A stretch of DNA of 64,000 nt from a virus, in IMG/VR virus record IMGVR_UViG_3300044844_000428. One strand, 5' to 3'. Shown one piece after another: positions 9,697 to 19,604 of the stretch. The position numbers and the translations under genes were made by a program. How positions within the stretch are numbered: the first letter of the stretch is position 1; each line of letters opens with the position of its first letter. The notes below the pieces were generated by a model that worked only from the letters and a program-made list of their open reading frames with translations, did no database searches and was not told the origin of the DNA.

Positions 9697-10689
9697 TTAG
9701 TTAATATTCCTATAAGCATATTCTATTGCTCTAGATGACTCGGTATGAAGAGGACGCTTAGAATAACAGTTAGAAGTATTTCTATCTAATTGTCGGATTA
9801 ATTCTTCCAATTGCACAGCATTCAATGGATACTTTCTTCTTATAGCATTACAAGCAATACTTGTCATGATTTTATACATCATCGCATATCTTCCAGAACC
9901 ATCGGTATGTGCTATAGAACTATACTCGTCAATCATTTTTTTATTTACGAACGGACAATCCTCATAAGAAGACCATGAATAATTCTTATGCGAGATTTCC
10001 TCAAGCATATCTGCTCTTTGAGCTAGTATCATTTTTTGAATATCTGACGGCATCTGTTCTAATATACTCAGAGGTCCTCGCGGTTGCTCATACTGATGAT
10101 TGAACATTAATCTATCAGGGTCTATAATCTCACCAATATTAGTAAAGATAAAATTATAAGCATTAGGATAAATCGCAGGCACGTAATACATTCTGGAAAG
10201 ATCCTTTGTTTGACCATCACCAAGATCGTCAAACTCTCTATTCAAGGCAAACCAAAAATGTTTTATCTTTTCCTTTTTAACAGAACCAGTTAATGGAAAT
10301 ACTAGTCTAAATTTAGGATGTTCTACCGTTGACCCTGATGTAGAATAGCATACAAAATAGGTCTTTCCATATTTCTCACTTAACTCTTCTTTAAGGTTTC
10401 CTTTAAAGACATGGTTATCAATATCAAGTGCAGCCCAACCAGACCATTCTACAACAGCATCATTAGAACGAGTTGTTCCTTCTCTATAAGAAGCTGGTGT
10501 GATTAAGGGAGAAGCCTTAACACCTTTAGGCGCTCTGAATTCTCCCTTCTTCAGTTTATAACCTGGAAGTTTTGACATGCCATATAGCATTTTCTCAAAA
10601 GACTCCCAGGTGTTATGGCTTACTTGACGGTGAGTTTTGTTGTCGTATATCGATGCAAAGGCCGTCAGAGAATACATATCAATCCGCAA
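9697..10689 (-). CDS. AEP-family primase/primase-polymerase
   Basis: AALDID, YSTSGS, KFRLVFPL, DLSRMYYVP motifs plus helical C-terminal domain; start probably MYSLT. Confidence 0.72.
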   Translation of the reverse strand: MRIDMYSLTAFASIYDNKTHRQVSHNTWESFEKMLYGMSKLPGYKLKKGEFRAPKGVKASPLITPASYREGTTRSNDAVVEWSGWAALDIDNHVFKGNLKEELSEKYGKTYFVCYSTSGSTVEHPKFRLVFPLTGSVKKEKIKHFWFALNREFDDLGDGQTKDLSRMYYVPAIYPNAYNFIFTNIGEIIDPDRLMFNHQYEQPRGPLSILEQMPSDIQKMILAQRADMLEEISHKNYSWSSYEDCPFVNKKMIDEYSSIAHTDGSGRYAMMYKIMTSIACNAIRRKYPLNAVQLEELIRQLDRNTSNCYSKRPLHTESSRAIEYAYRNIN

Positions 10690-11095
10690 ACACTATATCT
10701 AATAAACCAACATTATCTACATGTGATGGAGCAACCCAACCTTCTGGTTTAATTAGATCAGGTAATCCAAAAGGATTGGGTCTACCTTCCTTAATTCCTA
10801 CTTCTTTAACAATATTAGCATCATACACTCTTTGCCAGGCTTTAACAGAGTCAACCTGGTACACATCTAATGTACCTACTGCGAATACTATTAGATCTAT
10901 TAAGGCATCTACCGCATCATCAGCAGTTTCAGCGTGTTTAAGTTCATCTAATTCTTCCTGCAAACAGCCAATTCTAAAATCCAGAAATGCTGTTAATCTT
11001 TCTTTATCAAACTTATTAACTGCGGTGTTAACACCAAACTTAACGTGCATGTCAGAAATATCTTTTACAAAATTTGTACTCATATTAAACTCCAA
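10679..11095 (-). CDS. MazG-like NTP pyrophosphatase (dCTPase/dUTPase candidate)
   Basis: LQEELDEL...DALIDLIVF...ANIVK...KPEGW..P. Confidence 0.85.
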   Translation of the reverse strand: MEFNMSTNFVKDISDMHVKFGVNTAVNKFDKERLTAFLDFRIGCLQEELDELKHAETADDAVDALIDLIVFAVGTLDVYQVDSVKAWQRVYDANIVKEVGIKEGRPNPFGLPDLIKPEGWVAPSHVDNVGLLDIVFAD

Positions 11096-11133
11096 AAAAT
11101 TAATTATAATTCAAAATGCCATATTTGTAAACA

Positions 11134-11289
11134 TTATTTCTTTTTGCTTCCATCACCTCTAGCGCCACAAATTGTACATGCCTTTGCAATACCCTTATCT
11201 TGAGTCCATACTCGTTGACCTTTCCCATAAGTTTCAGTTTGGTATTTTGCAGCAGGTGTATTATCTGGGCAGTTGCAAGATTTGATCAT
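11134..11289 (-). CDS. small Zn-ribbon-like protein (51 aa, not in ORF track)
   Basis: MIKSCNC...CTICG; GGAG RBS upstream. Confidence 0.6.
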   Translation of the reverse strand: MIKSCNCPDNTPAAKYQTETYGKGQRVWTQDKGIAKACTICGARGDGSKKK

Positions 11290-11343
11290 TTTAAACTCCT
11301 AATAAGAATTGTGATAATTTGATTAATAAGACATGAATGCTAT

Positions 11344-11901
11344 CTAAGCGTTTTCTACTGTCTTTTGTTTCTGTACTCGTTTTTTTCCAGAGACTGGTGG
11401 GTTCGATTCTGACTTTGGGATTGGTGCTGGTTTGACCTCCTTATTCTTTACAGAATTTCTATATTCGGTTTCATCAATACCATGCGGCCAAATGAAGAAT
11501 CCTGCATCGACTACTTTGTCTAGTGTAATGTTAGGATAGAGATCTGGTATAGTCTGGTCCTTAATAGCTAATACTAATTTTGATTCTAATGGATGTAATT
11601 CTTCTAAGAGTTGAATGAACAGCTGTTCGCGTCTTAGTTTATTCAAATCTGCTTTCATGAATCTTTCAAACTTTTTAATCTCCATCCAGAGATTTGCCCT
11701 TGCCATACCGACAGGAGCAGCATCTTCTCTGTAAGGTGGAGTTCCTTCAGGCAAAAGCCACTTACCTTTTGGAATAAACCCATAACCAAATAGCATTTTA
11801 AGGCCTTCATTACTGCAATTCTGCTTTAATAATGCAAGAGTATCACCATCATTAAATCGTTGTAACATTTCTGGTACGCTTTCACGTTTATTCAATTCCA
11901 T
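11344..11901 (-). CDS. conserved T4-like hypothetical protein (DUF6433-like)
   Basis: LPEGTPPY, RREQLFIQLLEELHP; typically next to rnh in T4-like phages. Confidence 0.7.
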   Translation of the reverse strand: MELNKRESVPEMLQRFNDGDTLALLKQNCSNEGLKMLFGYGFIPKGKWLLPEGTPPYREDAAPVGMARANLWMEIKKFERFMKADLNKLRREQLFIQLLEELHPLESKLVLAIKDQTIPDLYPNITLDKVVDAGFFIWPHGIDETEYRNSVKNKEVKPAPIPKSESNPPVSGKKRVQKQKTVENA

Positions 11902-11916
11902 AATTTTCCTTTGTTG

Positions 11917-12810
11917 TTAGAAACTATCAATATCGTTTAGTAGTAGTCTCATTCTGTTTTTGACTAAGTAGTTAAATATTTCACTCTTATTACCTTTAGC
12001 AGGTTCATTAAAGGCCTTCAGTATAGACTCTTCAATATCTATTGGAATTTTATCAAATGAGATTAACAATTCATTTCGATGCCAATTTCTGATTTCGTCT
12101 TCTGTTTTGCAAGCTCCAATTCCGTGTTTTATGAATTCTTCCAATCTAGGTTTAGTCATTGACTTTTGTCTAATCTTGTCAATAAAACTATTATCAACAC
12201 TTAGTATATTGGGAATTCCGTCGCTAGCATCTCCCTTTGCAATATGTTCATTAATAAAGTCCAGTACCTTTGGAGGTTTCTCGACATACTTCTTAAACAT
12301 TGGACTATATTGTTTAATATTGGAATACTTATGCAATTGCTTAAAGTCCTTATCAGAACTTATAATAAGAGTTCTTTTAGGAATAGGTTCAATGCCTTCA
12401 GACATTAAATCATTAGTCTGAGTCCATTTTGATAGACAAGCAATAATGTCATCAGCTTCTGCTCTTTCAATCCTAATGACTTTATAAGGAAAATACTTTT
12501 GTAAGTCTTCTCTCGTTTCAGACAAAATCTCAAATACAAATTTCCAATCTAGTTTAGAATCGTCTCTAGCTTTTTTTCTTGCTGCTTTATAAGGAGCAAA
12601 TTCAGATTTTCTCCAATAATTAAATCCGTCGCAGGCTAATACTACATCATTACCAAATTCAGATTCAAATTTTTTCTTATTGGAAAGGATACTAGTAAGA
12701 ATTGCGTGTCTAATAATATCCTTATTCTTTTCTACATCATCTGAAGTGAGATCCTTTTCAAACATAAAGATAGATGCCAATGCCACTTGTGAATAGTCGA
12801 TAATAATCAA
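11917..12810 (-). CDS. rnh: RNase H / 5'-3' exonuclease
   Basis: IIDYSQ, YWRK..YKAAR, EADDIIA, SSDKDFKQL, GDASDGIPN. Confidence 0.95.
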   Translation of the reverse strand: MIIIDYSQVALASIFMFEKDLTSDDVEKNKDIIRHAILTSILSNKKKFESEFGNDVVLACDGFNYWRKSEFAPYKAARKKARDDSKLDWKFVFEILSETREDLQKYFPYKVIRIERAEADDIIACLSKWTQTNDLMSEGIEPIPKRTLIISSDKDFKQLHKYSNIKQYSPMFKKYVEKPPKVLDFINEHIAKGDASDGIPNILSVDNSFIDKIRQKSMTKPRLEEFIKHGIGACKTEDEIRNWHRNELLISFDKIPIDIEESILKAFNEPAKGNKSEIFNYLVKNRMRLLLNDIDSF

Positions 12811-12822
12811 TATGTTCTCCAG

Positions 12823-13959
12823 TTATGAAAAGATTTTTAAAATAATAATATTAGCATTTGTTCTGCCATTTGGCTTCTGAGGACGAGTTGTTAATTCAGA
12901 AAATTTAATAGCAAAGTCCTTTTTATTTCCGATGAATTCCTTAATCACTTCAGGCTTTCTGATACTCTTGACCAATGAAGTTTCTACGTCAAATCCACTA
13001 ATGGATGTTCCATGTACCGATAGCTTTTGGTCCTTTACTGCTTTATAATTAAACAGTTTACGATTAACGGTATCATATAGCCACACTTCCTGGCATTCTA
13101 CTAACTTAATAGGATTTTCAGATTTGATATTAAGTTCTTCAAATTTTGGAAGATATTTAAGATTCTTTACTAATTCTCCAGGTGATTTCTGTTTAATCAC
13201 TTTTGGCTTTCTGATGCTAACAACATGTTGAGAACACGATGATATTAAATCCTTTAGCATTTTTAAGAAATGTTTCAATTGTGCCGTCTTGACATGCGAA
13301 TATGCTTCATTTAATTGATCACAGGATCCTTCTAGTGCTTCTTCAATCTCCATTATTAGTGGCTTATATAAAGGAGGAACCTGTTTAGCAGCTGATCCAC
13401 TAATAGTCTTTACCGAATTTTTGAATTCGAATGTTCTAGGATATCCAGATTTTATAAACTCATCTATCTCACCATCAATTTCACAAGCAAACTGAATTGC
13501 TTCTAATTTATTCTTATCAATAGTAACTATCGGTTTAGACTTAGGAGCAATGCCATTCTCTTTTATTTCTTTAGGAGTAGTAGCAATTTTTTCTAATTGA
13601 GAAATTCTATCGCTAATGAATTTTAATTCTTTGTCATCGAGATATTGTCCATTGTCTCTTAAGCGAATTAACACTCCTAGTTGTCTAAATAGAGAGTCGT
13701 CTAGGTTTGACAATAACAACCTTTGTTTCTTATCTTCAATTGATGCTAGAGTCCATTTCTTTTTGTCTATGTTTGATGCATAAACATTAAACCAATTTAA
13801 AGCATGCATCAAATCTAGTCTGTAATTCAGAAATGATATTTGTGGTTCTCCGACGCCTTTGAACTTTGCGTCTACTCTGTCTATAAGAGATCTACGTTTT
13901 AAGGCTTGTTTTTCAGCCTTTGACGATGAGGTTGGTTTTAGTGATATGGTCTTTCCCAT
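12823..13959 (-). CDS. conserved hypothetical protein
   Basis: Long ORF; start moved to MGKT because the promoter at 13990-14018 overlaps the track start. Confidence 0.7.
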   Translation of the reverse strand: MGKTISLKPTSSSKAEKQALKRRSLIDRVDAKFKGVGEPQISFLNYRLDLMHALNWFNVYASNIDKKKWTLASIEDKKQRLLLSNLDDSLFRQLGVLIRLRDNGQYLDDKELKFISDRISQLEKIATTPKEIKENGIAPKSKPIVTIDKNKLEAIQFACEIDGEIDEFIKSGYPRTFEFKNSVKTISGSAAKQVPPLYKPLIMEIEEALEGSCDQLNEAYSHVKTAQLKHFLKMLKDLISSCSQHVVSIRKPKVIKQKSPGELVKNLKYLPKFEELNIKSENPIKLVECQEVWLYDTVNRKLFNYKAVKDQKLSVHGTSISGFDVETSLVKSIRKPEVIKEFIGNKKDFAIKFSELTTRPQKPNGRTNANIIILKIFS

Positions 13960-14019
13960 GGTTGATCTCGGTAAGTTTAATAAAGGTCTATTATAACACA
14001 TCCTTGTGTTATGTACACA

Positions 14020-14271
14020 CTATTTTACAATAGATTCGTATAATAGTGCAAGCTCTTCTTGTTCGTTCTCAACTTCAGTATAATTCTGCTTATGGAATAT
14101 TTGCGCCATTTTACGAAGAATTTTCTTGTCAATTTCAAAGTCTTCAGAAAGTGCTTGAATAGTTTCGTTAATAAGATCGCGTTCCGCTGAAATCCGAGTA
14201 TATGAATTGGAAATTTCAGATAACATAGTACGGATTTTTTCTTGGTCTTTTGGATTTGAAATGGTTGTCAT
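14020..14271 (-). CDS. dsbA: dsDNA-binding protein DsbA-like
   Basis: EISNSYTRISAERDLI...LRKMAQIFHKQNY..VENE; upstream of rnh as in T4. Confidence 0.75.
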   Translation of the reverse strand: MTTISNPKDQEKIRTMLSEISNSYTRISAERDLINETIQALSEDFEIDKKILRKMAQIFHKQNYTEVENEQEELALLYESIVK

Positions 14272-14283
14272 AATATATTCCTA

Positions 14284-14685
14284 TTAGTCAGATGAGCAAG
14301 ATGAAGATGAGTCAGAACATGAAGATGAATCAGAACTATAAGCACAATCATAAGAAGTTGCAAATGATGAACTGCTAATAATATTATTAGTGATGTATGG
14401 ATTGGGTATCACGGTTGAAACTATATTAGCATTAGTAACTACGTTAGAATAGTCAAAGGAACCTGAAGTAACTTTAGCAGTAGTAGCAGGATACTTAAGA
14501 TGTTGTGTAATATCTTCTTGTAGTAGATGAATATTATTACTAAATCTAATGCTTCTCTCTTCAAGTAGAACAATTCTATCCTCTAGATTTTTATTCTCGC
14601 GTTTTAGATTGTCGTACTTAACATGCAGATTAGCAAGGTTGTTTGCTAATTCTTGTATCTTTTTTTCGTTAGTAAACCAGACCAT
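14284..14685 (-). CDS. coiled-coil protein with Ser/Asp/Cys-rich tail
   Basis: C-terminal SSDSSSCSDSSSSCSSD. Confidence 0.6.
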   Translation of the reverse strand: MVWFTNEKKIQELANNLANLHVKYDNLKRENKNLEDRIVLLEERSIRFSNNIHLLQEDITQHLKYPATTAKVTSGSFDYSNVVTNANIVSTVIPNPYITNNIISSSSFATSYDCAYSSDSSSCSDSSSSCSSD

Positions 14686-14763
14686 ATTATAATCCTTTCA
14701 GTGTGTAGATAGTTAACCAGATTCCAGTAGCAATAGTAGCACCAGTTACCAAGTATAATAAAA

Positions 14764-15033
14764 TCATTGTGGTTCTCCATTGATAAAATTTACATTAGCA
14801 AAATTGAATGAGCGCCATCCGTCATTCTCAATGTCGTATACTGCAATAGCATCAGTTGTCGATTCTTTACGTTCTTTCTGTTCAGTAGATTCACGAATCG
14901 GCAATTTGTCAGGATCCAATGTTCCTACCAATATTCTGTCAGTTCCATCCTTTTTCGTAAAGTTAATAGTAACTTCTGATATTTTTAATTGGTTAATCAA
15001 ATCTTCTTTAGTCATTTTCATTCTCCATTTCAC
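14764..15033 (-). CDS. SH3-like (WYL_2/DUF2693-like) protein
   Basis: FTKKDGTDR..GTL...YDIENDGWRSF. Confidence 0.75.
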   Translation of the reverse strand: MKWRMKMTKEDLINQLKISEVTINFTKKDGTDRILVGTLDPDKLPIRESTEQKERKESTTDAIAVYDIENDGWRSFNFANVNFINGEPQ

Positions 15034-15301
15034 GTTTCAATAATTTAGTTAGAGACTTTTGGTCTCTCTTATAATCAGTTTTCAATCTAACAACTTTATG
15101 TCGATATTTTGGGTCCGACAATTCTGCCTTTACCCAGTTATGTTTATAATCGACTATTTCTTCCACCGCGTCCATCTATTACATCTCCCATGAAAGTACA
15201 TCTTTTTGTTTCTTCCTACTAATAGTTTATATAATCTATTAACATTTATCTTTCGTTTGGGAATCCTATCAACCCTATTACCAAGCATTTTTAACAGTAT
15301 G

Positions 15302-15670
15302 TCAAATTTCTTCATTCATAACCTTAATATAATAATCAGCCAATTGTAAAATTAATTCCTTTACAGATTCTTCAGTTACTGTAATGTAAGGATCAAATTC
15401 CAACCCGTATAATCTATCTCCATTGTCGTAATTACCTATTGCATATTTAGAACTAACTTCTGACTTACCTATTTTTCTAACAATGGTATCCAATCCATGT
15501 GATCTTTTAACGACTTCATGCTTTCCAAATGATTCACCTTCAGAAAATTCACCATAATGTTTCTGTAACATCATTAGAAAGATTGGAATATGTTTAAGCT
15601 TAACAGCAATGCTATCGTCTTCATCAATAATATTGATTCGTTTCTTTGATGGGTGAGTTTCAATAATCAT
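15302..15670 (-). CDS. hypothetical protein
   Basis: 122-aa ORF after ligase. Confidence 0.6.
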   Translation of the reverse strand: MIIETHPSKKRINIIDEDDSIAVKLKHIPIFLMMLQKHYGEFSEGESFGKHEVVKRSHGLDTIVRKIGKSEVSSKYAIGNYDNGDRLYGLEFDPYITVTEESVKELILQLADYYIKVMNEEI

Positions 15671-15678
15671 AATAGATC

Positions 15679-16962
15679 CTATTTAATGTGGTTTATTGTA
15701 TCAGCAGTATCACGGTCAAAGCGAATTTCCAAATATCGTGGCAAGAATAATGACCAAGTATCAGAACCTTTTGATTTGATTTTGGCGTTGTATTTCACAT
15801 CAATGATTTTACCAATGAAATCCGTACGGATTCTATCTTCATCAGTCAATCCTGAACCAACGTTTACCATTAATTCACCATCTTCAGATTCACAAATCAA
15901 AGAACCAATCTGACCTTCATATTTACCATTACCATGTTGAATACCTACTACGTGTAAGGATGCGGTTTCTTCACCTTTAAATTTAATCTGAGTTTGAGAT
16001 CGTTTTGGTTCCCAGATGTTGTCAGTATTTTTAAGGATGATACCTTCATATCCTTTGGAATAATAATTTTCATAGACAATTTTAGCTTCATCTAAAGATC
16101 TGACCTCTATACTTGGAACTATATTGATTTTGCCGCGAAGATTCAGACTGATAAGACGATTATATCTGTGTACATAAATCATTGAATCTTTACCAGCAAT
16201 CCAATTATCATACGAGATAATATCCCATACTGTCATAGTAACTAACTTAGCTTCTTCTTCGCTTATAGTACCTTTATTCGCTTTATTAAGAATGCCATTA
16301 CCAGTTTGTCTATCGACTACCTTGCTATCTTTAGTAACCAACAGTTCACCATCAAAAACAACATCTAATCCACGAGCAGCATCAATGAATTCTTGTTCAA
16401 GATTACCAAGCAAATCAAAGGTTTTTCCATTGCGTGAATAGAAAGTTACTGTATTGTCTTTAACAACTGCATTACATCGCAATCCATCCATTTTTAATTG
16501 AGCCATAGCAGGGTATTTTATCTTTGCTAAAACTTTATCACTCAATGGAGAGCAAAGCATAACATCAAAGGTAGGAATTAAATCTTTCCATATTTTATTA
16601 ACAGTAGGAATACCAATTCCGCAACCTAAATCTTTCTTAATGATGCATTCAATAACGAATGCATCTCTTGCAGAAACTGATGAAAGTATATTTGACAAAA
16701 ATTCAATAGCTTTATTTCCAGTAACTTTTCTATCAGCTAAGTCATTTAGTTGTTCAAGAGCTTCTTTTAAGTCTAAATTTCCTGACGTAGAATACGCTGG
16801 AATTTTCCTTTGATAATAATTGATGTGAGGAGCAAATGTTCTAGTAAGTACGGATCTCAAAAGGTCATTATTGACGTTTGCTTCTAAAATGGTTTCTTTT
16901 CCTAGTCGGGAATTGGTAGATCTTAACTGCTCAATAATAGAATAAATCATAATATTTTCCAA
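15679..16962 (-). CDS. 30: ATP-dependent DNA ligase
   Basis: KMDGLR, FDGEL, EGIILK, IKFK, LFLPRY; start probably 16950. Confidence 0.96.
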   Translation of the reverse strand: MENIMIYSIIEQLRSTNSRLGKETILEANVNNDLLRSVLTRTFAPHINYYQRKIPAYSTSGNLDLKEALEQLNDLADRKVTGNKAIEFLSNILSSVSARDAFVIECIIKKDLGCGIGIPTVNKIWKDLIPTFDVMLCSPLSDKVLAKIKYPAMAQLKMDGLRCNAVVKDNTVTFYSRNGKTFDLLGNLEQEFIDAARGLDVVFDGELLVTKDSKVVDRQTGNGILNKANKGTISEEEAKLVTMTVWDIISYDNWIAGKDSMIYVHRYNRLISLNLRGKINIVPSIEVRSLDEAKIVYENYYSKGYEGIILKNTDNIWEPKRSQTQIKFKGEETASLHVVGIQHGNGKYEGQIGSLICESEDGELMVNVGSGLTDEDRIRTDFIGKIIDVKYNAKIKSKGSDTWSLFLPRYLEIRFDRDTADTINHIK

Positions 16963-16995
16963 GTTGTTTAAAATTACATTATATCACAAATTTTG

Positions 16996-17331
16996 TTATT
17001 GTACACATTTTAAATCTTCAGGAATCTCTGGTGTTGTTTTGTATTCCCACCATTCCGAACCATCGTATTCACCTCGTTCCATCCATGAACCGTCATCAAA
17101 CCATACTGTGCCATGTAAATGCTGGCCGCCATGTCCATTGTTATAGTCAAAATCCAATTCTTCTAAAAATGACAAGAATTCATCCAATTCAAATCCTATT
17201 GGCAGAGAAGAATAGGAATGAGATTCCTTATAATGACTTTCGTATGTTACCAATGCGCACTTTACAGATACCGAATACCTTTTTGCAATATTGTCAAGTT
17301 CTTTTACAAGTTCTTTCTTTGCATTTATCAT
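16996..17331 (-). CDS. hypothetical phage protein
   Basis: GTVWFDDGSWMERGEYDGSEWW motif. Confidence 0.65.
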   Translation of the reverse strand: MINAKKELVKELDNIAKRYSVSVKCALVTYESHYKESHSYSSLPIGFELDEFLSFLEELDFDYNNGHGGQHLHGTVWFDDGSWMERGEYDGSEWWEYKTTPEIPEDLKCVQ

Positions 17332-17679
17332 TTAAGCCACCAATCTATAGTCATCAATGTATTCGTCATCACGATTCACTTCCAAATCATCTAAGTATGT
17401 TCCATCGAATTCTGTTCCGAATACCATTTCTTTGAAATTTTCCATAATGAATTTAGTACAGAAGTCAGAGAATGATAAGTCATGATTTGAATATGTGTAA
17501 TAGTGTTCAACACATCTTCTAATACGCGATGCTTCATTGTCAAGATCATCAAGATTTTTATATTCCACCTTATTTGATCTTGAAAAGGCAATAGTCTTGT
17601 ATGCTTTTTCAAGTTCATACGGAGTGGTTTGACGCGTAGTCGGCATCGCAGATACAAATTTCTTTTCACCTTTTCTCAT
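17332..17679 (-). CDS. hypothetical protein
   Basis: 115-aa ORF. Confidence 0.6.
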   Translation of the reverse strand: MRKGEKKFVSAMPTTRQTTPYELEKAYKTIAFSRSNKVEYKNLDDLDNEASRIRRCVEHYYTYSNHDLSFSDFCTKFIMENFKEMVFGTEFDGTYLDDLEVNRDDEYIDDYRLVA

Positions 17680-17705
17680 AGTATTCCACGCCTCGTGTTG
17701 GTGGT

Positions 17706-17933
17706 TTATGCTTCAATGCCGATACTGGCAAATTCAGCAATAACATCTTCTGAATATTTTTCAGAAGATAAGGTACCAATAATACTATTCTCTATATAAG
17801 AATCCAGCAAGTCCTGATTATCATAATCTTGGAAATCAAGACCATTCTCTATCATCGTTAGCCTGGCATTGTGTTCAGCGGCCATTACTATTAAAATGGC
17901 CTCGTTGTCTTTTAATGCTTTATAGTTTTTCAT
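17706..17933 (-). CDS. hypothetical early protein
   Basis: Start MKNYK follows the GAGG RBS in the repeated cassette. Confidence 0.65.
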   Translation of the reverse strand: MKNYKALKDNEAILIVMAAEHNARLTMIENGLDFQDYDNQDLLDSYIENSIIGTLSSEKYSEDVIAEFASIGIEA

Positions 17934-17938
17934 AATTA

Positions 17939-18289
17939 AATTCCTCATTGGTTATTTGGTATGAGTCTATTATATCAAGATTTCAATAATAGTACACTAT
18001 TATTTTATTTAATTTCACATCTTTGTGATAAGATATCCATCTGTGCTTTGGTAAGATTCATACTTTTCAGAAGATTGCTGAATGAAGATTCATAATAACC
18101 AGTAACATAAGCATAGTTCACCGTTTTATCAATATTCCAACTAGCGTTTTGAGATGATTCTTTTGCATTTTCAAACAAAGTATCTAGAAGGGTTTGGATC
18201 CGTTGTTCTTTATTCATGTGTAATTCCTCATTGGTTATTTGGTATGAGTCTATTATATCAAGATTTCAATAATAGTGTACTATTATTTT
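17939..18289 (-). repeat. 68-bp direct repeat (17939-18006, 18222-18289) = promoter+RBS cassettes flanking ORF 18005-18217
   Basis: 66 of 68 positions identical by eye. Confidence 0.9.
18005..18217 (-). CDS. hypothetical early protein
   Basis: Lies between the two cassette repeats. Confidence 0.7.
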   Translation of the reverse strand: MNKEQRIQTLLDTLFENAKESSQNASWNIDKTVNYAYVTGYYESSFSNLLKSMNLTKAQMDILSQRCEIK

Positions 18290-18296
18290 CACCGGA

Positions 18297-18323
18297 CAAT
18301 AAAAAGCCGGCAATTATACCGGC
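18297..18323 (-). terminator. intrinsic terminator
   Basis: GCCGG/CCGGC hairpin with U-tract on the minus strand. Confidence 0.7.
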
Positions 18324-18347
18324 AAATTTTTCAGCATTTATATTCTT

Positions 18348-18848
18348 CTATTTGTAAACTAAATACTGCACATCATTCATTATAATTCGGTGTGAAAAAG
18401 TAAGCCCTAGTTTATTTGCTAATTTTATTGAAGCAAAGTTAAGTTCATCTACATGATATATGATAGGACCATAGTGTTCCATGAACAGTTTACAAGCCTC
18501 ATAAGCAATACCTTTATTTCTGTATTCTTTAAGAATGATAATGGAACCAATCTTATAATACTCAAAATCCTCAACCTCAAAGTTGAATTTTTCTTCTTCT
18601 GTGAATGTGTTTCTTGGAAATGATAATCCTACTGGAATGTCATTGTATTTGATCACCATCATTGGCATTTGAGTTTCATCCAACAATCGTTCTAGTAATC
18701 TTTTCCTGAGTCTAAATTCCAGAACTCTGTCTGGTATATATTGTATTCTATCAAACCAGTCTCTACCAGTAAATTCAGATTCAAAAAATTCTCTATAGAT
18801 TGGTAGAAACTTCGGATCATAATCATAAGTAAATTCTATGGAAACCAT
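18348..18848 (-). CDS. GNAT-family acetyltransferase
   Basis: ILKEYRNKGIA motif A; NFASIKLANKLGL motif B. Confidence 0.8.
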   Translation of the reverse strand: MVSIEFTYDYDPKFLPIYREFFESEFTGRDWFDRIQYIPDRVLEFRLRKRLLERLLDETQMPMMVIKYNDIPVGLSFPRNTFTEEEKFNFEVEDFEYYKIGSIIILKEYRNKGIAYEACKLFMEHYGPIIYHVDELNFASIKLANKLGLTFSHRIIMNDVQYLVYK

Positions 18849-19012
18849 AGGCTACTCCTTGATCTGCTTGCGTTCCTTGTCTTTCCGAATAGTTTCTTCA
18901 CTAAAGAAATCTGGGTGGTAATTTCCATCCTCATCCAGAATCTTTGCCTTATATAGCAATTCGAGTCTCTGCTCCTTTGTTAAAGGGTTTTGTTCCTTTA
19001 ATAGATTATTTA

Positions 19013-19444
19013 TCATTTGAACAAATTCTTTACATGGTTACGATGAATTTTTCCTCCGACAAAAGCATTATACCATTTTGTTGGCTGTAGTAGAACTTCA
19101 TTAACTATTTGCTCTTTCATTTCAAGATAAGAGCATTCACCCTTGGTTTGGCAGTAATGAAGAATCTCACGAGTAAAATTTTCTTCACCTAATGTCTTAA
19201 CATCGTGTTGTAATTCAATTGATGATGACCAGTATTTCATCCAGTCAGATTCAACTTTGGTTTTTACTTTTTTCTTTTTCTTTTCACCAGATTTCAATAC
19301 TACAGTCTTAATAGACGTTTTGGAAAACTTTGCTAGTTTCTTTCCGATATATTGTCTACCATCAATCTTGTTAGATATTAAGTAGACAAAGCCTTCGCAC
19401 TCTGGCAATTCGGTTACTAATTTTCCATTATGAGTCCAACTCAT
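19013..19444 (-). CDS. short GIY-YIG endonuclease
   Basis: GFVYLI...QYIGKK, YWSSS, FTREIL, LE, WYN. Confidence 0.8.
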   Translation of the reverse strand: MSWTHNGKLVTELPECEGFVYLISNKIDGRQYIGKKLAKFSKTSIKTVVLKSGEKKKKKVKTKVESDWMKYWSSSIELQHDVKTLGEENFTREILHYCQTKGECSYLEMKEQIVNEVLLQPTKWYNAFVGGKIHRNHVKNLFK

Positions 19445-19590
19445 TCGTCATCCGTGTCGTCTTCATCTCTAAAGATTGGACTAGCACAGACTGGACAATA
19501 GACAACATCATTTTTTTCAACGCCATCTGTTCGTATTGTTATAATTCCTTGTGTCTCACATGAGTCACAGTCAAAGATTTGCTTTACCAT
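19441..19590 (-). CDS. small Zn-ribbon protein (49 aa, not in ORF track)
   Basis: CDSC...YCPVC with acidic tail. Confidence 0.7.
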   Translation of the reverse strand: MVKQIFDCDSCETQGIITIRTDGVEKNDVVYCPVCASPIFRDEDDTDDE

Positions 19591-19604
19591 TTTTCACATC
19601 CCTG

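Noticed and set aside
10572-11162. 196-aa plus-strand ORF
   Set aside because: Antisense shadow of the MazG-like gene; no recognisable motifs. The same applies to most other short plus-strand ORFs in the track.
17939-18289. CRISPR array or IS ends
   Set aside because: Only two 68-bp repeats around an ORF, explained as promoter cassettes; no cas or transposase genes.
19013-19444. T4 DenA (endonuclease II) ortholog
   Set aside because: GIY-YIG motifs are present but the sequence does not resemble DenA beyond them.
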